This document shows, piece by piece, positions 23,968 through 35,001 of a stretch of 64,000 nt of DNA. The stretch is taken from contig CAVSIP010000002.1 in assembly GCA_963728075.1 (NCBI GenBank), positions 46,759 through 110,758 on the forward strand. The letters are read 5' to 3'. Source of the stretch: an uncultured Actinomycetota bacterium. Lineage in GTDB: Bacteria > Actinomycetota > Actinomycetes > JAFAQI01 > DASSKL01. The position numbers and the translations under genes are program-made. A model generated the notes under the pieces. That model ran no database searches, had not been told where the DNA came from, and worked only from the letters and a program-made list of their open reading frames with translations. Positions within the stretch are counted from its first letter, which is position 1; every line of letters begins with the position of its first letter.

Positions 23968-24936
23968 ACGGTGCAGCAGTGGGCCTGGGATGGCCGGACG
24001 GCGCTGCCGCGCCGCCCACCGCGTCGGCCGGGCTCGGCTGGCCCGGCCAGGAGCCGGCCGCCCCCGCCGATGTTTCACGTGAAACCACCCAGGAGTCGGG
24101 GGCTGTTTCACGTGAAACCACGACCGTGCGCAGCGAGCCGCTGCCCCTGCCCGACCAGCCGCGGATCCTCGCGGTGGCCAACCAGAAGGGCGGCGTCGGC
24201 AAGACCACCACCACCGTCAACCTCGCCGGCGCGCTGGCGCAGGGCGGCGCCGAGGTCCTCGTCATCGACCTGGACCCCCAGGGCAACGCCTCGACGGCGT
24301 TCGGGATCGACCGCACTCGCTCGAGCGTGTCGATGTACGACGTGCTCCTCGGCGACCGGGGTCTGGACGAGGCCTGCACGGAGGTGCCGGAGCTGCCCGG
24401 GGTGGCCTGCGTGCCCGCGAGCCCCGACCTGGCCGGAGCCGAGATCGAGCTGGTGTCGATGGTGGCCCGGGAGATCGCGGCTGCGCCGGGTGCTGGAGCC
24501 GGTCGCCCGCCGGTTCCACTACATCATCATCGACTGCCCGCCCTCGCTCGGGCTGCTCACCGTGAACGCGCTGGTCGCGGCACGGGAGGTGATCGTCCCG
24601 ATCCAGTGCGAGTTCTACGCGCTGGAGGGGGTCAGCCAGCTGCTCGAGCACCATCGAGCTGGTGCGCGCCCATCTCAACCCGCAGCTGCAGGATCGGGGC
24701 CATCCTGCTCACCATGTACGACGCCCGCACCAAGCTCGCCGAGCAGGTCGCCGCCGATGTGCGAGCCACTTCGGCCCGACTCGTGCTGGCCAGCACCGTC
24801 CCGCGTAGTGTCCGGGTGTCCGAGGCGCCGAGCTTCGGCCAGACCGTGATGACCTACGATCCCGACCTCGCGCGGAGCGCTGGCCTACGCCGCGGCCGCG
24901 CGTGAGCTCGCCGAGCGAGGGGCGAAGGACGCCTGA
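23964..24936 (+). CDS. parA: Chromosome partitioning ATPase (several frameshifts)
   Basis: [35 protein letters not shown]. Confidence 0.93.
24072..24118. promoter_or_regulatory. parS: Two parS sites (GTTTCACGTGAAAC) at 24072-24085 and 24105-24118
   Basis: Exact matches to the actinobacterial parS palindrome. Confidence 0.93.
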
Positions 24937-24982
24937 GCATCCGCAGGCACACCAGCGCCATCGACCGAGGGGGTACCGCTTC

Positions 24983-25926
24983 GTGAACGTCCGTCGTGGC
25001 GGCCTGGGCCGCGGCCTGGGTGCGCTCATCCCGAGCGCACCGACGCCCGGCGGCCCGAGGACGAGGCGGGCCGGAGGCCGGCCCCGCGGACGGTGCCACG
25101 GCGCACGGTTCGCCGAGCTGCCGGTCGGGGCCATCGAGCCGAACCCGCGGCAGCCGCGCGAGGTCTTCGACGAGGAGGCCATGGCCGAGCTGCGTGACGA
25201 GCATCCGCGAGGTCGGGCTGCTGCAGCCTGTCGTCGTGCGCGAGACGGCGCCCGGCAGCTACCAGCTCATCATGGGCGAACGCCGCTGGCGGGCGGCTCA
25301 GCAGGCGGGCCTGGCCGAGCATGCCCGCCATCATCCGCGACACCCCGGACGACGCGCTGCTGCGCGACGCGCTGCTGGAGAACCTGCACCGCCAGCAGCT
25401 CAACCCGCTGGAGGAGGCGGCGGCGTACCAGCCAGCTGCTCGAGGACTTCGGCGCCACGCACGAGGAGCTGGCCGGACGCATCGGCCGCTCGCGCTCCCA
25501 CATCACCAACACCCTGCGGCTGCTCAACCTCGCGCCGAGCGTGCAGCGCCGCGTCGCGGCCGGGGTGCTCTCCGCCGGCCACGCTCGCGCGCTCCTGGGC
25601 ATCGACGACCACGAGGCGCAGGAGCGGATGGCCGCGCGCATCGTCGCGGAGGGTCTGTCCGTGCGCGCGGTCGAGGAGATGGTGGCGCTCGGCGACCTGC
25701 CGAAGCCGGCGCCGCTCCCGGCGTGCGCGCTCGCAGCCGGCCGCCCTGGCCGACGTCGCCGCCGCGCTGTCGGACCGCTACGACACCCGGGTCAAGGTCG
25801 AGGCCGGCCGCGCCAAGGGCCGCATCGTCATCGAGTTCGCGACCGTCGAGGACCTGCGCCGGCTGCTCGGCGAGATCGGCGCCCGAGGCGCTCCCGGCGC
25901 TGGCCGGCGACCCGGACTCCGACTAA
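24983..25926 (+). CDS. parB: Chromosome partitioning protein (several frameshifts)
   Basis: [40 protein letters not shown] across frames. Confidence 0.92.
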
Positions 25927-25947
25927 GTACCCCCAGGGGGTACCTAG

Positions 25948-26901
25948 TCAGCCGCGGGTGGCGGCCTGGGCGAGCAGGTCGCGGCACAGCGCGCCGAGGT
26001 CGAGCGCGGCCGCCTCGGCCGCCATGCGGCAGCAGGCACGTCTCCGTCATGCCCGGGGAGACGTTGACCTCGAGGAAGTGCGGTACGCCGTCGGCGCGAC
26101 GACGAGGTCGGTGCGGGACAGGTCGCGCAGGCCGAGCGTGCGATGCGCGGTGACCGCGACCTCCGCGACCGCCGCGGCCGTCTCGGTGTCCAGGCGGGCG
26201 GGAACGTGGTACTCCGTCATGCCGGCGGTGTAGCGGGCCGCGTAGTCGTAGGCCCCGTCGACCGGGTCGATCTCGACCGCGGGCAGTGCCACGGGGCCGT
26301 CGCCGGTGTCGATGACGCTCACCGCCACCTCGATGCCGGCCACGAACCGCTCGACGAGCGCCACGTCGCCGTAGGAGAAGCAGCCGACCATCGCCGCCGG
26401 CAGCTCGTCTCGGCGACGCACCACGGTCGCCGCCGAGCGCGGAGCCGCCGCGGGCGGGCTTGACCATCAGCGGCAGGCCGAGGCGGTCGACGATCCGGTC
26501 GAGCACCCCGGCCGCGCCGAGCTCGCGAAAGGTTGCGTGCGGCAGGGCCACGCTCGCCGCGGTGGCGACCCCGGCCGCGCTCATCGCCGCCTTCGCGGTC
26601 GGCTTGTCCCAGGCGAGCCGGCAGGCGCCCGGCGTCCGCGCCGACGTACGGCACGCGCAGCAGGTCGAGCACGTCGCGGATCGCGCCGTCCTCGCCGGTG
26701 GCGCCGTGCAGGGCGACGAACACCGCCGCCGGCGGGTCTGCGGCGAGCGCGGGCAGCAGGGCGGCGTCGACGTCGCGCAGGTCTGCCTCGGTGCCCACCG
26801 CCCGCAGCGCGTCGACCACCCGGCGGCCGGAGCGCAGCGAGACGTCCCGCTCGTAGGACAGCCCACCGGCGAGGACCAGCCACGCGGCCCAGATCGCTCA
26901 T
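25948..26901 (-). CDS. D-alanine--D-alanine ligase family protein (several frameshifts)
   Basis: [38 protein letters not shown]. Confidence 0.88.
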
Positions 26902-26912
26902 CGTGTGCTCCG

Positions 26913-28247
26913 TCAGGAGACGTCGGGCTGGGGGCCGCTGACCTGCGCGCCGGCCGGACCGCTGCGCGCGTGCTGCGGGTCCGAAGGTCTCGAGCAGCTC
27001 GAGCTCCTCCTCCACCACGCCGGCGAGCCGGCGCACGCCCTCGCGTGATCCGCTCGGGCGCCGGGTAGCAGTACGACAGCCGCATGTTGCGGTCCGCCCG
27101 AGCCGTCGGCGTAGAACGCCGACGCCGGGCACGTAGGCGACCCGGGCGGGACCGCCCGGGGCAGCATGGCCTTGGCGTCCAGACCCTCCGGCAGGGTGGC
27201 CCAGACGTAGAAGCCGCCGACCGGATGGGTCCACGTGCAGCCGTCCGGCAGCAGCGACTCCAGCGCGTGCGAGCATGGCGTCGCGTCGCTCCCGGTACAG
27301 CTCGCGGAAGTTCTTCGACCTGCTGCTGCCAGGGCATCGTCGCGAGGTACTCGGTGACGATCGCCTGGTTGAACGTGGGCGGGCAGAGCACCGAGCGCCT
27401 CCGAGGCGAGCACGAGCTTCTCGCGCACGCGCGTGCGGCGCGAGCGCCCAGCCGACCCGCAGGCCCGGCGCGAAGGTCTTGGAGAACGAGCCGAGGTAGA
27501 TGACGCCCTCGTCGGTGTAGGCCCGCAGTGCCGGGAACGGGTCGCCGTCGAAGCCCAGCAGCCCGTACGGGTTGTCCTCGAGGACGAGCAGCCCGGCCTC
27601 GTGGCAGAGGTCCAGCACCCGCTCGCGACGCTCCACGGACAGCGAGACGCCGGCGGGGTTGTGGAAGTTCGGGATCGTGTAGAGGAACTTCACCCGCTTG
27701 CCAGCGCGGGCCAGCGCGGCGAGGGCCTCGGTGCAGCGCCTCCGGGACCAGCCCGTCGTCGTCCATCGGGACGTGCACGACCTCGACCTGGTAGGACGCG
27801 AACGTGCCCGAGCGCACCGACGTAGCTGGGCGCCTCGGCGAGCACCACGTCGCCGGGGTCGCAGAAGATCCGGGTGACCAGGTCGAGCGCCTGCTGGCGA
27901 GCCGACGGTGACCACCACGTCGTCGGGGTGTGCGCGTCGATGCCCTCGAGCGCCATGACCTCGCAGATCCGCTCGCGCAGCTCCGGGATCGCCCTGGCCG
28001 CTGCCGTACTGCAGCGCGCTCGCGCCCCGCGCGCTCGTGCAGCCGGCCGACCATCGGCGCCGACGGCGTCCAGCGGCAGCGCCGACAGGTACGGCATGCC
28101 GCCGGCGAGCGAGACCACCTCCGGACGGCTGGCGACGGCGAACAGCGCCCGGATCTCCGAGGCTGTCATCCCGCGGGTCCGGGCGGCATACCGCTCGACG
28201 TAGGCGTCGAGCCGGTTGCCGGGTTGCGCCGCCGATGACTGGGCCAC
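26913..28247 (-). CDS. PLP-dependent aminotransferase, class I/II (several frameshifts)
   Basis: SLAGGMP, YTIPNFHNPAG, EDNPYG, GSFSKTFAPGLRVGW. Confidence 0.9.
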
Positions 28248-28381
28248 GGGACTCCTTCCGTCCGCTCCAGGCTAGCGTCGGCCTACCCACTCGGGCCTGT
28301 CCATTTACCGTCACCCTCGCTACCATCATCGCGGCCCTTCCCCAGCGCGCCCCGGCGCGCCGACCGCCTTCGGAGTCCCGC

Positions 28382-28537
28382 GTGGAGCCCGCCGTACGAC
28401 GCCGGCGCGCCCGGCTCATGCTCGGCCTGGCCGCCGGCGTGGTCCTGGGGCTTGCCAGCGGGTTCCTCGGCGGCCTGCTCAGCCCGCCGCGAGAGGGCGA
28501 GCCCGCCTGGGACGGGCGCGGGGGAGGTGTCGGCTGA
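28382..28537 (+). CDS. Small single-TM protein
   Basis: Basic N-terminus followed by LMLGLAAGVVLGLASGFLGGLL; TGATG coupling with the next gene. Confidence 0.5.
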   Translation: MEPAVRRRRARLMLGLAAGVVLGLASGFLGGLLSPPREGEPAWDGRGGGVG

Positions 28538-29157
28538 TGGCCCGCCGGCTGGCCAACGTCACCCTCGACAACCTCGAGGACCTGCCCCGTCGGTGCCGGC
28601 CTGCGTGTTCTGGGAGCTCGACCCCGTCGGCCGCTCGCGGGCGGAGGAGATGGGCGACACCGCGCTGGAGAAGGAGGCCTGGGTCTCCAGCGTGCTGCTC
28701 GAGTGGGGGTCGTGCGGCAAGCTCGCGTACGTCGACGGCGTGCCGGCCGGGTTCGTGCTCTACGCGCCACCCGTGTACGTCCCGCGTTCGGTGGCCTTCC
28801 CGACCAGCCCCGTGAGTGCCGACGCGGTGCTGCTCATGACGGCCCACGTCCTGCCGGAGTTCGCCGGTGGCGGTCTCGGCCGGATGCTGGTGCAGGGCAT
28901 GGCCAAGGACCTGACCCGCCGGGGGATCAAGGCGATCGAGGCCTTCGGTGACCTGCGCTGGCCGGGGCTGGGGCACTGCGTCGCTGCCCGCCGAGCACCT
29001 GCTCGCAGTGGGCTTCAAGACGATCCGCCCGCACCATCGCTACCCGCGGCTGCGCCTGGAGCTGAAGTCGATGGTGTCCTGGCGGGAGGACGTCGAGGTC
29101 GCGCTGGAGCGGCTGCTCGGCTCGATGAGCCCGGAGACGGCGCTGCGCCCGGTCTAG
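28537..29157 (+). CDS. GNAT-family acetyltransferase, parB-trxA conserved type (frameshifts)
   Basis: CVFWELD, EKEAWVSSVLLEWGSCG, HHRYPRLRLEL. Confidence 0.88.
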
Positions 29158-29182
29158 CCGGGCGCAGGGGAGCTCGTCCGGC

Positions 29183-29506
29183 CTACAGGAACTGCTCGAG
29201 GTCCTTGAGCAGCGCCGCCTTGGGCTTGGCGCCGACGATGCTCTTGACGACCTCGCCGCCGGAGAACACCGAGACGGTGGGGATCGACATGATCTGGTAG
29301 CGGCGGGCGACCTCGGGGTTCTCGTCGACGTTGAGCTTGACGACGGTGACCTTGTCGGCGTGCTCGGCGGCGATCTCCTCGAGCACCGGCGCGATCATCT
29401 TGCAGGGCCCGCACCACTCGGCCCAGAAGTCGACGACGACCGGCTTGTCGGCACCGAGGACGTCGGTGTCGAAGGACGAGTCGGTCACGGTCTTGGTGGC
29501 GCCCAC
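29183..29506 (-). CDS. trxA: Thioredoxin
   Basis: DFWAEWCGPC. Confidence 0.98.
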   Translation of the reverse strand: MGATKTVTDSSFDTDVLGADKPVVVDFWAEWCGPCKMIAPVLEEIAAEHADKVTVVKLNVDENPEVARRYQIMSIPTVSVFSGGEVVKSIVGAKPKAALLKDLEQFL

Positions 29507-29546
29507 GGGGTCTCCTTGCATCCAGGTCGAGTGAGAGGTCGAACGG

Positions 29547-30485
29547 TTAGTGGCCCTGACCGGCGAGCCAGCGCTCGGCGTCGAGCGCGGCGGCGCACCC
29601 GGTGCCGGCGGCGGTGATGGCCTGCCGGTAGGTGTGGTCGACGAGGTCGCCGCAGGCGAACACGCCGGGCAGGTTGGTGCCGGTCCCTGGCGCGCGGGTG
29701 AGCACGTAGCCCTCCAGGTCGAGGTCGACTTGGCCCCGGACGAGCTCGCTGCGCGGGTCGTGGCCGATGGCGATGAACACCCCGGTGACGTCGAGGGTCT
29801 CCTCGGCGCCGGTGACGGTGTCCTGCACGGCCACGCCGGTGACCTTGTCCTCGCCGAGGACGTCGGTCACGACGGTGTTCCAGCGGAAGGAGATCTTCGG
29901 GTCGTTCAGCGCGCGCTCCTGCATGATCTTGCTGGCGCGCAGCTCGTCACGGCGGTGCAGCACGGTCACCGACTCGGCGAAGCGGGTGAGGAACGTCGCC
30001 TCCTCCATCGCGGAGTCACCGCCGCCGACCACGACGATGTGCTGGCCGCGGAAGAAGAACCCGTCGCAGGTGGCGCAGGCGGACACCCCGTGGCCGAGCA
30101 GCCGCTGTTCGTTCGGCAGGCCGAGGTAGCGGTACTTCGAGCCCATGGCGAGGATGACCGACCTCGCGGCGTACGTCGTCTCGCCCACCTTGACGACCTT
30201 GACCTCGCCGGCCAGGTCGAGCTCGGTGGCGTCGTCGGTGATGAACTCGGCCCCGAACTTCTCCGCCTGCTTGCGCATGAGGTCCATCAGGTCCGGACCC
30301 ATGACGCCGTCCGGGAACCCGGGGAAGTTCTCCACCTCGGTGGTCTGCATCAGCGCCCCGCCGAACTGCACGCCCTCGATGACGAGGGGGCGCAGCTCTG
30401 CGCGGGCGGCGTAGACGGCCGCGGTGTAGCCCGCCGGACCGGAACCGACGACGACGACCTCACGGGGCTCGGTGCTGGCGGACAT
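29547..30485 (-). CDS. trxB: Thioredoxin reductase
   Basis: GSGPAG, CATCDG, GGGDSA. Confidence 0.98.
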   Translation of the reverse strand: MSASTEPREVVVVGSGPAGYTAAVYAARAELRPLVIEGVQFGGALMQTTEVENFPGFPDGVMGPDLMDLMRKQAEKFGAEFITDDATELDLAGEVKVVKVGETTYAARSVILAMGSKYRYLGLPNEQRLLGHGVSACATCDGFFFRGQHIVVVGGGDSAMEEATFLTRFAESVTVLHRRDELRASKIMQERALNDPKISFRWNTVVTDVLGEDKVTGVAVQDTVTGAEETLDVTGVFIAIGHDPRSELVRGQVDLDLEGYVLTRAPGTGTNLPGVFACGDLVDHTYRQAITAAGTGCAAALDAERWLAGQGH

Positions 30486-30528
30486 CGTGGGCCCTTCTGC
30501 TGCTGCGGGGATCGCGTTTCGTTGGCGG

Positions 30529-30554
30529 AACCCATCCTAGGGAGCGCGCATTCC
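30529..30554 (-). promoter_or_regulatory. SigR/SigH-type promoter for trxBA
   Basis: Minus strand GGAAT-N18-GTT (GGAATGCGCGCTCCCTAGGATGGGTT). Confidence 0.8.
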
Positions 30555-30572
30555 CCGTGGGAGCCTGCTGGC

Positions 30573-31154
30573 ATGGTGTCCCGGTTGCCGGTGGCGGGGC
30601 GTACGCCCGCGGCCCGGTGCGCGGCGCATCCGGCGCGCCCTGCGGTGGACGCCTGCCCCACGTGCGGGCGCCCCCGGTGCGGTGCCGACGCGAAGACCTT
30701 CGGTGCGGGCTGTGCGGCGTGCCCGACGCAGCAGCGCCCGCAGCCCACCCCCCGCTCCGAGTCGCTGGTGCGCGCCGCCCTCGCGGCGCTGCCGATGTGC
30801 CTCGCGGGCGGTGCCGTGAGCAGCGAGTACGTCGGCACCACGGCATTCGACGTCATCGTGCCGTTCCTCGTCGGGGTGGCCGTCGGTGCGGTGGCGGTGG
30901 CGGCGGCCGGCCGCCCGGAACCGCGCACCCGGCTCCTCGTACGTGCCGTCGCCGTGCTCTACGCAGTGGTCGGTGCGGCGTACGGCTACCGGCTCGTCGT
31001 CGGGGGGCAGGACCCGTTCGGCCCGTTCACGGACGTCGCGCCGGCGTACGCGGCGGCGGCGGCGGGGGCGTGGCTGTGGACCATGCCGTCGCGCCGACGG
31101 CGTCCGTCGCCCGCGGAGGGCGATCAGGATGGTCGCGGCAGCCGGGTGAAGTAG
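30573..31154 (+). CDS. Membrane protein with an N-terminal B-box-like Zn finger
   Basis: CAAHP...CPTCGRPRC...CAAC followed by about 4 TM segments. Confidence 0.7.
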   Translation: MVSRLPVAGRTPAARCAAHPARPAVDACPTCGRPRCGADAKTFGAGCAACPTQQRPQPTPRSESLVRAALAALPMCLAGGAVSSEYVGTTAFDVIVPFLVGVAVGAVAVAAAGRPEPRTRLLVRAVAVLYAVVGAAYGYRLVVGGQDPFGPFTDVAPAYAAAAAGAWLWTMPSRRRRPSPAEGDQDGRGSRVK

Positions 31155-31987
31155 CGGACGTCCTCCTGGCCGGGGCCGCACGACGGGCCCACCACCCAGA
31201 CGTCCACCCGGTCCGGCTTGCCGGCGGTCGGCAGCACGATGACGGCGGCGGGCTGACCCTGGAAGCGGGCGAAGTCGACGGAGACCGGGCTGACCGGGCC
31301 CTCGCCCTTGGTCAGCGCGCCGACGCACGCGTCCAGCGCACCAGGCGCGGTGCGCAGCCGGTCCAGCTCCGTCGGGACGGGGACGGGCGCCGCGGCGGCG
31401 GGGTTCGGTCCCGCCTGGGGCGCGGTCAGCTGGGCTTCGCCGGACCGGGCGGAGTCGGCGGCGCGGGGCTGCTCGCCCGGGTGCAGCAGGTCGGGCAGCG
31501 CGGCGGCGAGCGTCTGCGGGTCGTAGTCCCGGCCGCTGGTGCTCCGCGGCACTGCCACGGTGCTGCCTCCGGTCGCGCTCGTCGCGGTGCCGTTCGAGCT
31601 GGTGCCGTTGCCGTGGGTGATGCCCACGACGATCGCCCCGGCGAACAGGACAGCCGCTGCGGCGGCCGCCAGCCCGGCCGTGGTGGGCGTCATCCGCCAC
31701 CGGCGGCGCAGGGGCGCGGAGCCCGCTACCTGCCCCGCGCCGGAGGCGCCGGCGAGGGCGGTGTCGATCTGTTCGGCGACGTCGTCGGGGAGCACCGGGT
31801 CCGGCAGCTCGGCCAGCAGCGCGGAGACGGCCGCGAAGGACGCCAGCCGGTCGCGGCACTCGGCGCAGGCGGTCAGGTGCTCGGCCACCGTGGAGGTGGC
31901 AGCGGCGTCGAGCAGCCCTTCGGAGTAGTCGGCCAGGGTGTCGACGTCGGGGTGCGACGCGGTGGCGTCGCGGCGTTCAGCGGACAC
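31124..31987 (-). CDS. Anti-sigma factor with zf-HC2 domain (RsmA-like)
   Basis: HLTACAEC, central TM segment, coupled to sigM. Confidence 0.85.
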   Translation of the reverse strand: MSAERRDATASHPDVDTLADYSEGLLDAAATSTVAEHLTACAECRDRLASFAAVSALLAELPDPVLPDDVAEQIDTALAGASGAGQVAGSAPLRRRWRMTPTTAGLAAAAAAVLFAGAIVVGITHGNGTSSNGTATSATGGSTVAVPRSTSGRDYDPQTLAAALPDLLHPGEQPRAADSARSGEAQLTAPQAGPNPAAAAPVPVPTELDRLRTAPGALDACVGALTKGEGPVSPVSVDFARFQGQPAAVIVLPTAGKPDRVDVWVVGPSCGPGQEDVRYFTRLPRPS

Positions 31988-32633
31988 GGTTCGGATCCAC
32001 CTCCTCCCCTGGCTGAGGCTGGGACGGTGCTCGTTCCGCCCTGGATGGGACGTGGGGCAGCCCGTCCGGGTTCCCGCGCGAGCTCAGGTGTGCGAGCTGC
32101 GGGGCGAGCCGGGCCCGCCCGCGCGCGCAGCGGCTCTTCACCGTGCCCTCGGCAACGTCGAGGATGGCGGCGGCCTCCGCCACCGACCAGCCCTCGATGT
32201 CGACGAGGACGAGCGCGGCCGCCATCTCGGCGGGCAGCGTACGCAGTGCCGCGGTCACCTCGAGCGCGGTCTCCCGCTCGCCCATCCGGTCGCGTGGGTC
32301 GGCCGGGGTGCGCTCAGCCGGTGGCAGCGGGACGGTCGGCCGCACCGCGCGCCGCCGGGCACGGTCGAGGCAGGCGTTCACGACGATGCGGTGCAGCCAG
32401 GTGGTGACGGCCGACTCCCCGCGGAACCGGCCGGCCGCGCGGTACGCCGACAGCAGCGCGTCCTGCAGCGCGTCGGCGGCCTCCTCCGGGTCACCGGTGG
32501 TCCGCAGCGCGACAGCCCACAGCCGGTCGCGGTGGCGCCGCACCAGGACGTCGAACGCCGCGCGGTCGCCCGCGGCGTGCCGGCGCAGCAGCTCCGCGTC
32601 GGGGCGGCCCTCGTCGTCCGCTGCCTGCGCCAC
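31977..32633 (-). CDS. sigM: ECF sigma factor SigM
   Basis: RHRDRLWAVALR, TWLHRIVVNACLD, GTVKSRCARGR; syntenic position. Confidence 0.92.
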   Translation of the reverse strand: MAQAADDEGRPDAELLRRHAAGDRAAFDVLVRRHRDRLWAVALRTTGDPEEAADALQDALLSAYRAAGRFRGESAVTTWLHRIVVNACLDRARRRAVRPTVPLPPAERTPADPRDRMGERETALEVTAALRTLPAEMAAALVLVDIEGWSVAEAAAILDVAEGTVKSRCARGRARLAPQLAHLSSRGNPDGLPHVPSRAERAPSQPQPGEEVDPNRVR

Positions 32634-32652
32634 CGCGCCAGGGTAGCGGCGG

Positions 32653-34152
32653 TCAGGGCAGCAGGCTGATCTCTGCGATCCCCTCCGCGAACCCGCCCCG
32701 CCCGTCCGGCGGCAGGGCGGTCAGCCACACCAGCCAGTAGCGCGCATGGTGGGTGGGGACGTGCAGGGTGAGGTCCTGGCCCGCCTGGTCGCTGCCCGCC
32801 AGTGCTGGGGTCGCCGGGTCCACCCGCGGGCTGTCACCGGCGTGGACCTCGACCGCTGCGCCGGGCGTGGTCAGCCGGATCCGGACGGTGGACACCTCGC
32901 GAACCGACCCGAGGTCGAGGAGCAGCCCCACGCCCTGCTTGAGCCCGCCGAAGTGGGCGTTGCCCTGGTAGTGGTCGGTCTGCCACACGGTGGTCGGGTC
33001 GCCGTCGACGGCGTCGGCCACGTGCGCCGGGTCCTCCTGGCCGTCGCCCTGCGGGTCGAAGTCGTGGACGCTCGCGACCGGCCAGGGGGTCGCGGACGCG
33101 TCGGCGGACGGGCTGGGCTCGGCAGCCGCGGCGCCGCTCGACCGGTCGTTGCGGGTCAGGTGCTGGCCGGGGACCGCGCCGATCCGGCTGCCCTGGTGCC
33201 AGCCGACAAACGCGATCACGGACAGGCTGACCAGCCAGGCCGCGCGCCAGGCCCACGGCCGGTACCGGTGCCACGCGGGCGGTCCGGGCGGCTCCGGTTC
33301 CGTGCCGAGCGGACGCCGGGGGAGGGTGGCGAGCACCTCGGCCGCCCGCGCGGCGGTGTCCACCCGGCCCACCTGCCCGCGGCGGGGTGGGGTGAGCAGG
33401 CGGGCGGCCACGCCGTCGACCTCGCGGGGCAGGTCGGGTCGGATCTGCCGGGGCGGCAGCGGCCGGCCCTCCTCGGTGGGGGCGGGGAGCAGCCCACCGC
33501 CGGCGCCGGCGCCGGGCCAGCGGGCGGTGAGGGCGGCGTACAGCAGCGCACCGAGCCCGCGGACGTCGTCGGCCGCGGGGTCGTCGCCCCACGAGCGCCG
33601 GACGGTGGCGGCGGTCTCCAGATCGCCGACGCGGACCGACCCATCGAGGCCGACGAAGACATTGTCCGGGTGCAGCGCCCCGTGGTAGGCGTCCTGCGCC
33701 GCGGCGGCGGCCAGCGCTCGCGCGATCTCGTGCACCACGGCCACGGCCTCCGCCGCGTCGAGCGGGGCGTCGCGGAGCACGGTGGCCAGGCTCGGTGCCG
33801 GGATCCACTCGGAGACGAGGACGGCCTGCCGGTCGGTGACGTCCACGTCGAGCAGTCGGACGAATGTCGCGTCCGAGATCTCGCCGGCGCGGGCGATCGC
33901 CTGCGGCAGGTCCGCGGTGGCGCCGGCGGGCAGCGGCACGATCTTCACCGCGACAGGGCGGTCGAGCAGGTCGTCGACCCCTCGCCACAGGCTCGCCTCC
34001 GGGCGGTCGCGGACGAGCTCGAGCAGCCGGTAGCGCCCGCCCAGTACGGCGGTCGGGTCCTGCGTCTCGGGCGGAACCGGCACGTCGGCGTCATCCGGAA
34101 GGTCTCGGCGCGGCCGCCGTGGCTGGACGCGCGACGGCCCGGACCGCTCCAT
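32653..34152 (-). CDS. Membrane pseudokinase (MviN kinase-homology type) with extracellular domain
   Basis: GGRYRL, HGALHPDNV, DVRGLGALLYAALT, DGDPTT.W.T..Y, K.GVGL. Confidence 0.85.
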   Translation of the reverse strand: MERSGPSRVQPRRPRRDLPDDADVPVPPETQDPTAVLGGRYRLLELVRDRPEASLWRGVDDLLDRPVAVKIVPLPAGATADLPQAIARAGEISDATFVRLLDVDVTDRQAVLVSEWIPAPSLATVLRDAPLDAAEAVAVVHEIARALAAAAAQDAYHGALHPDNVFVGLDGSVRVGDLETAATVRRSWGDDPAADDVRGLGALLYAALTARWPGAGAGGGLLPAPTEEGRPLPPRQIRPDLPREVDGVAARLLTPPRRGQVGRVDTAARAAEVLATLPRRPLGTEPEPPGPPAWHRYRPWAWRAAWLVSLSVIAFVGWHQGSRIGAVPGQHLTRNDRSSGAAAAEPSPSADASATPWPVASVHDFDPQGDGQEDPAHVADAVDGDPTTVWQTDHYQGNAHFGGLKQGVGLLLDLGSVREVSTVRIRLTTPGAAVEVHAGDSPRVDPATPALAGSDQAGQDLTLHVPTHHARYWLVWLTALPPDGRGGFAEGIAEISLLP

Positions 34153-34213
34153 GCTAGGTGCCCGTACGGGCGGTGCTGGAGCAGGCCGGGCCGGAACGGA
34201 GCGCAGCCGCGGG

Positions 34214-34990
34214 TCAGCGCAGGCGGCCCACGTAGTAGCTCGCGGTGTACAGCGCCTGCAGGCGGACGACGTCGCCGGTGTGGGTGGCGGCCCACATCTT
34301 CCCGTCGCCCGCGTAGATGCCGACGTGGCTGATCCCGCCCCCTTGGTCGGTGAAGATGAAGTCACCCACCTGCTGCTCACCCCGCGGGACGTGGCGCATC
34401 TCGCCGTACTGCGCCGCGGCGTTGTGTGACAGCGCGATGCCGAACTTGCGGGCCAGGAACATCGTGAACCCCGAGCAGTCGAACCGGGTCGGACCCGCGG
34501 CGCCGTACTGGTAGGGCGCCCCGTAGTAGCGGGACGCTTCGCGGACCAGCTGCTCGCCGAAGTCGCGGACGGCGTACGTCGGGTTGCCGCTGCCCGCGGA
34601 GGTGTAGCCGTCCTCGCCGGTGAACCGGGCGGTGAACTGCATGGTCTGGTCGGCGGTGTAGGGCAGCTCGGCGTACCCGGTCGAGTCGGTGACGACGTAG
34701 TGCCAGTACCGCCACGGGTACTGCGACCCGGGCCGCCAGTAGATGGTCACGTCGCGGCCGGGCAGCGCGTGGTCACCCGCGACGAGCCGGACGCGGACCG
34801 GGAACGAGGTGCCGGGGTCGAGGGTCTGGCTGCCCGGACCGATGGTCAGCGTGCTGACCTCGGTGGCCGCCGCCTCGGTGGCGGGCACGACGGTGGACAG
34901 GGCCGCGGTCGCGGTGAACGCGGCGACGGCGACGGAGAGGATGCGGGGGGCAACGGCGCGGACTAGCGCGGACGGACGTGCCGCAGGCAC
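34214..34990 (-). CDS. Secreted NlpC/P60 peptidoglycan hydrolase
   Basis: Signal peptide; PYQYGAAGPTRFDCSG, HVGIY. Confidence 0.9.
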   Translation of the reverse strand: MPAARPSALVRAVAPRILSVAVAAFTATAALSTVVPATEAAATEVSTLTIGPGSQTLDPGTSFPVRVRLVAGDHALPGRDVTIYWRPGSQYPWRYWHYVVTDSTGYAELPYTADQTMQFTARFTGEDGYTSAGSGNPTYAVRDFGEQLVREASRYYGAPYQYGAAGPTRFDCSGFTMFLARKFGIALSHNAAAQYGEMRHVPRGEQQVGDFIFTDQGGGISHVGIYAGDGKMWAATHTGDVVRLQALYTASYYVGRLR

Positions 34991-35001
34991 GGGGGTTCCT
35001 T

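Noticed and set aside
23283-24905. RsmG-ParA fusion ORF
   Set aside because: A single indel near 23890 explains it; the natural rsmG stop and parA GTG overlap at 23964-23967
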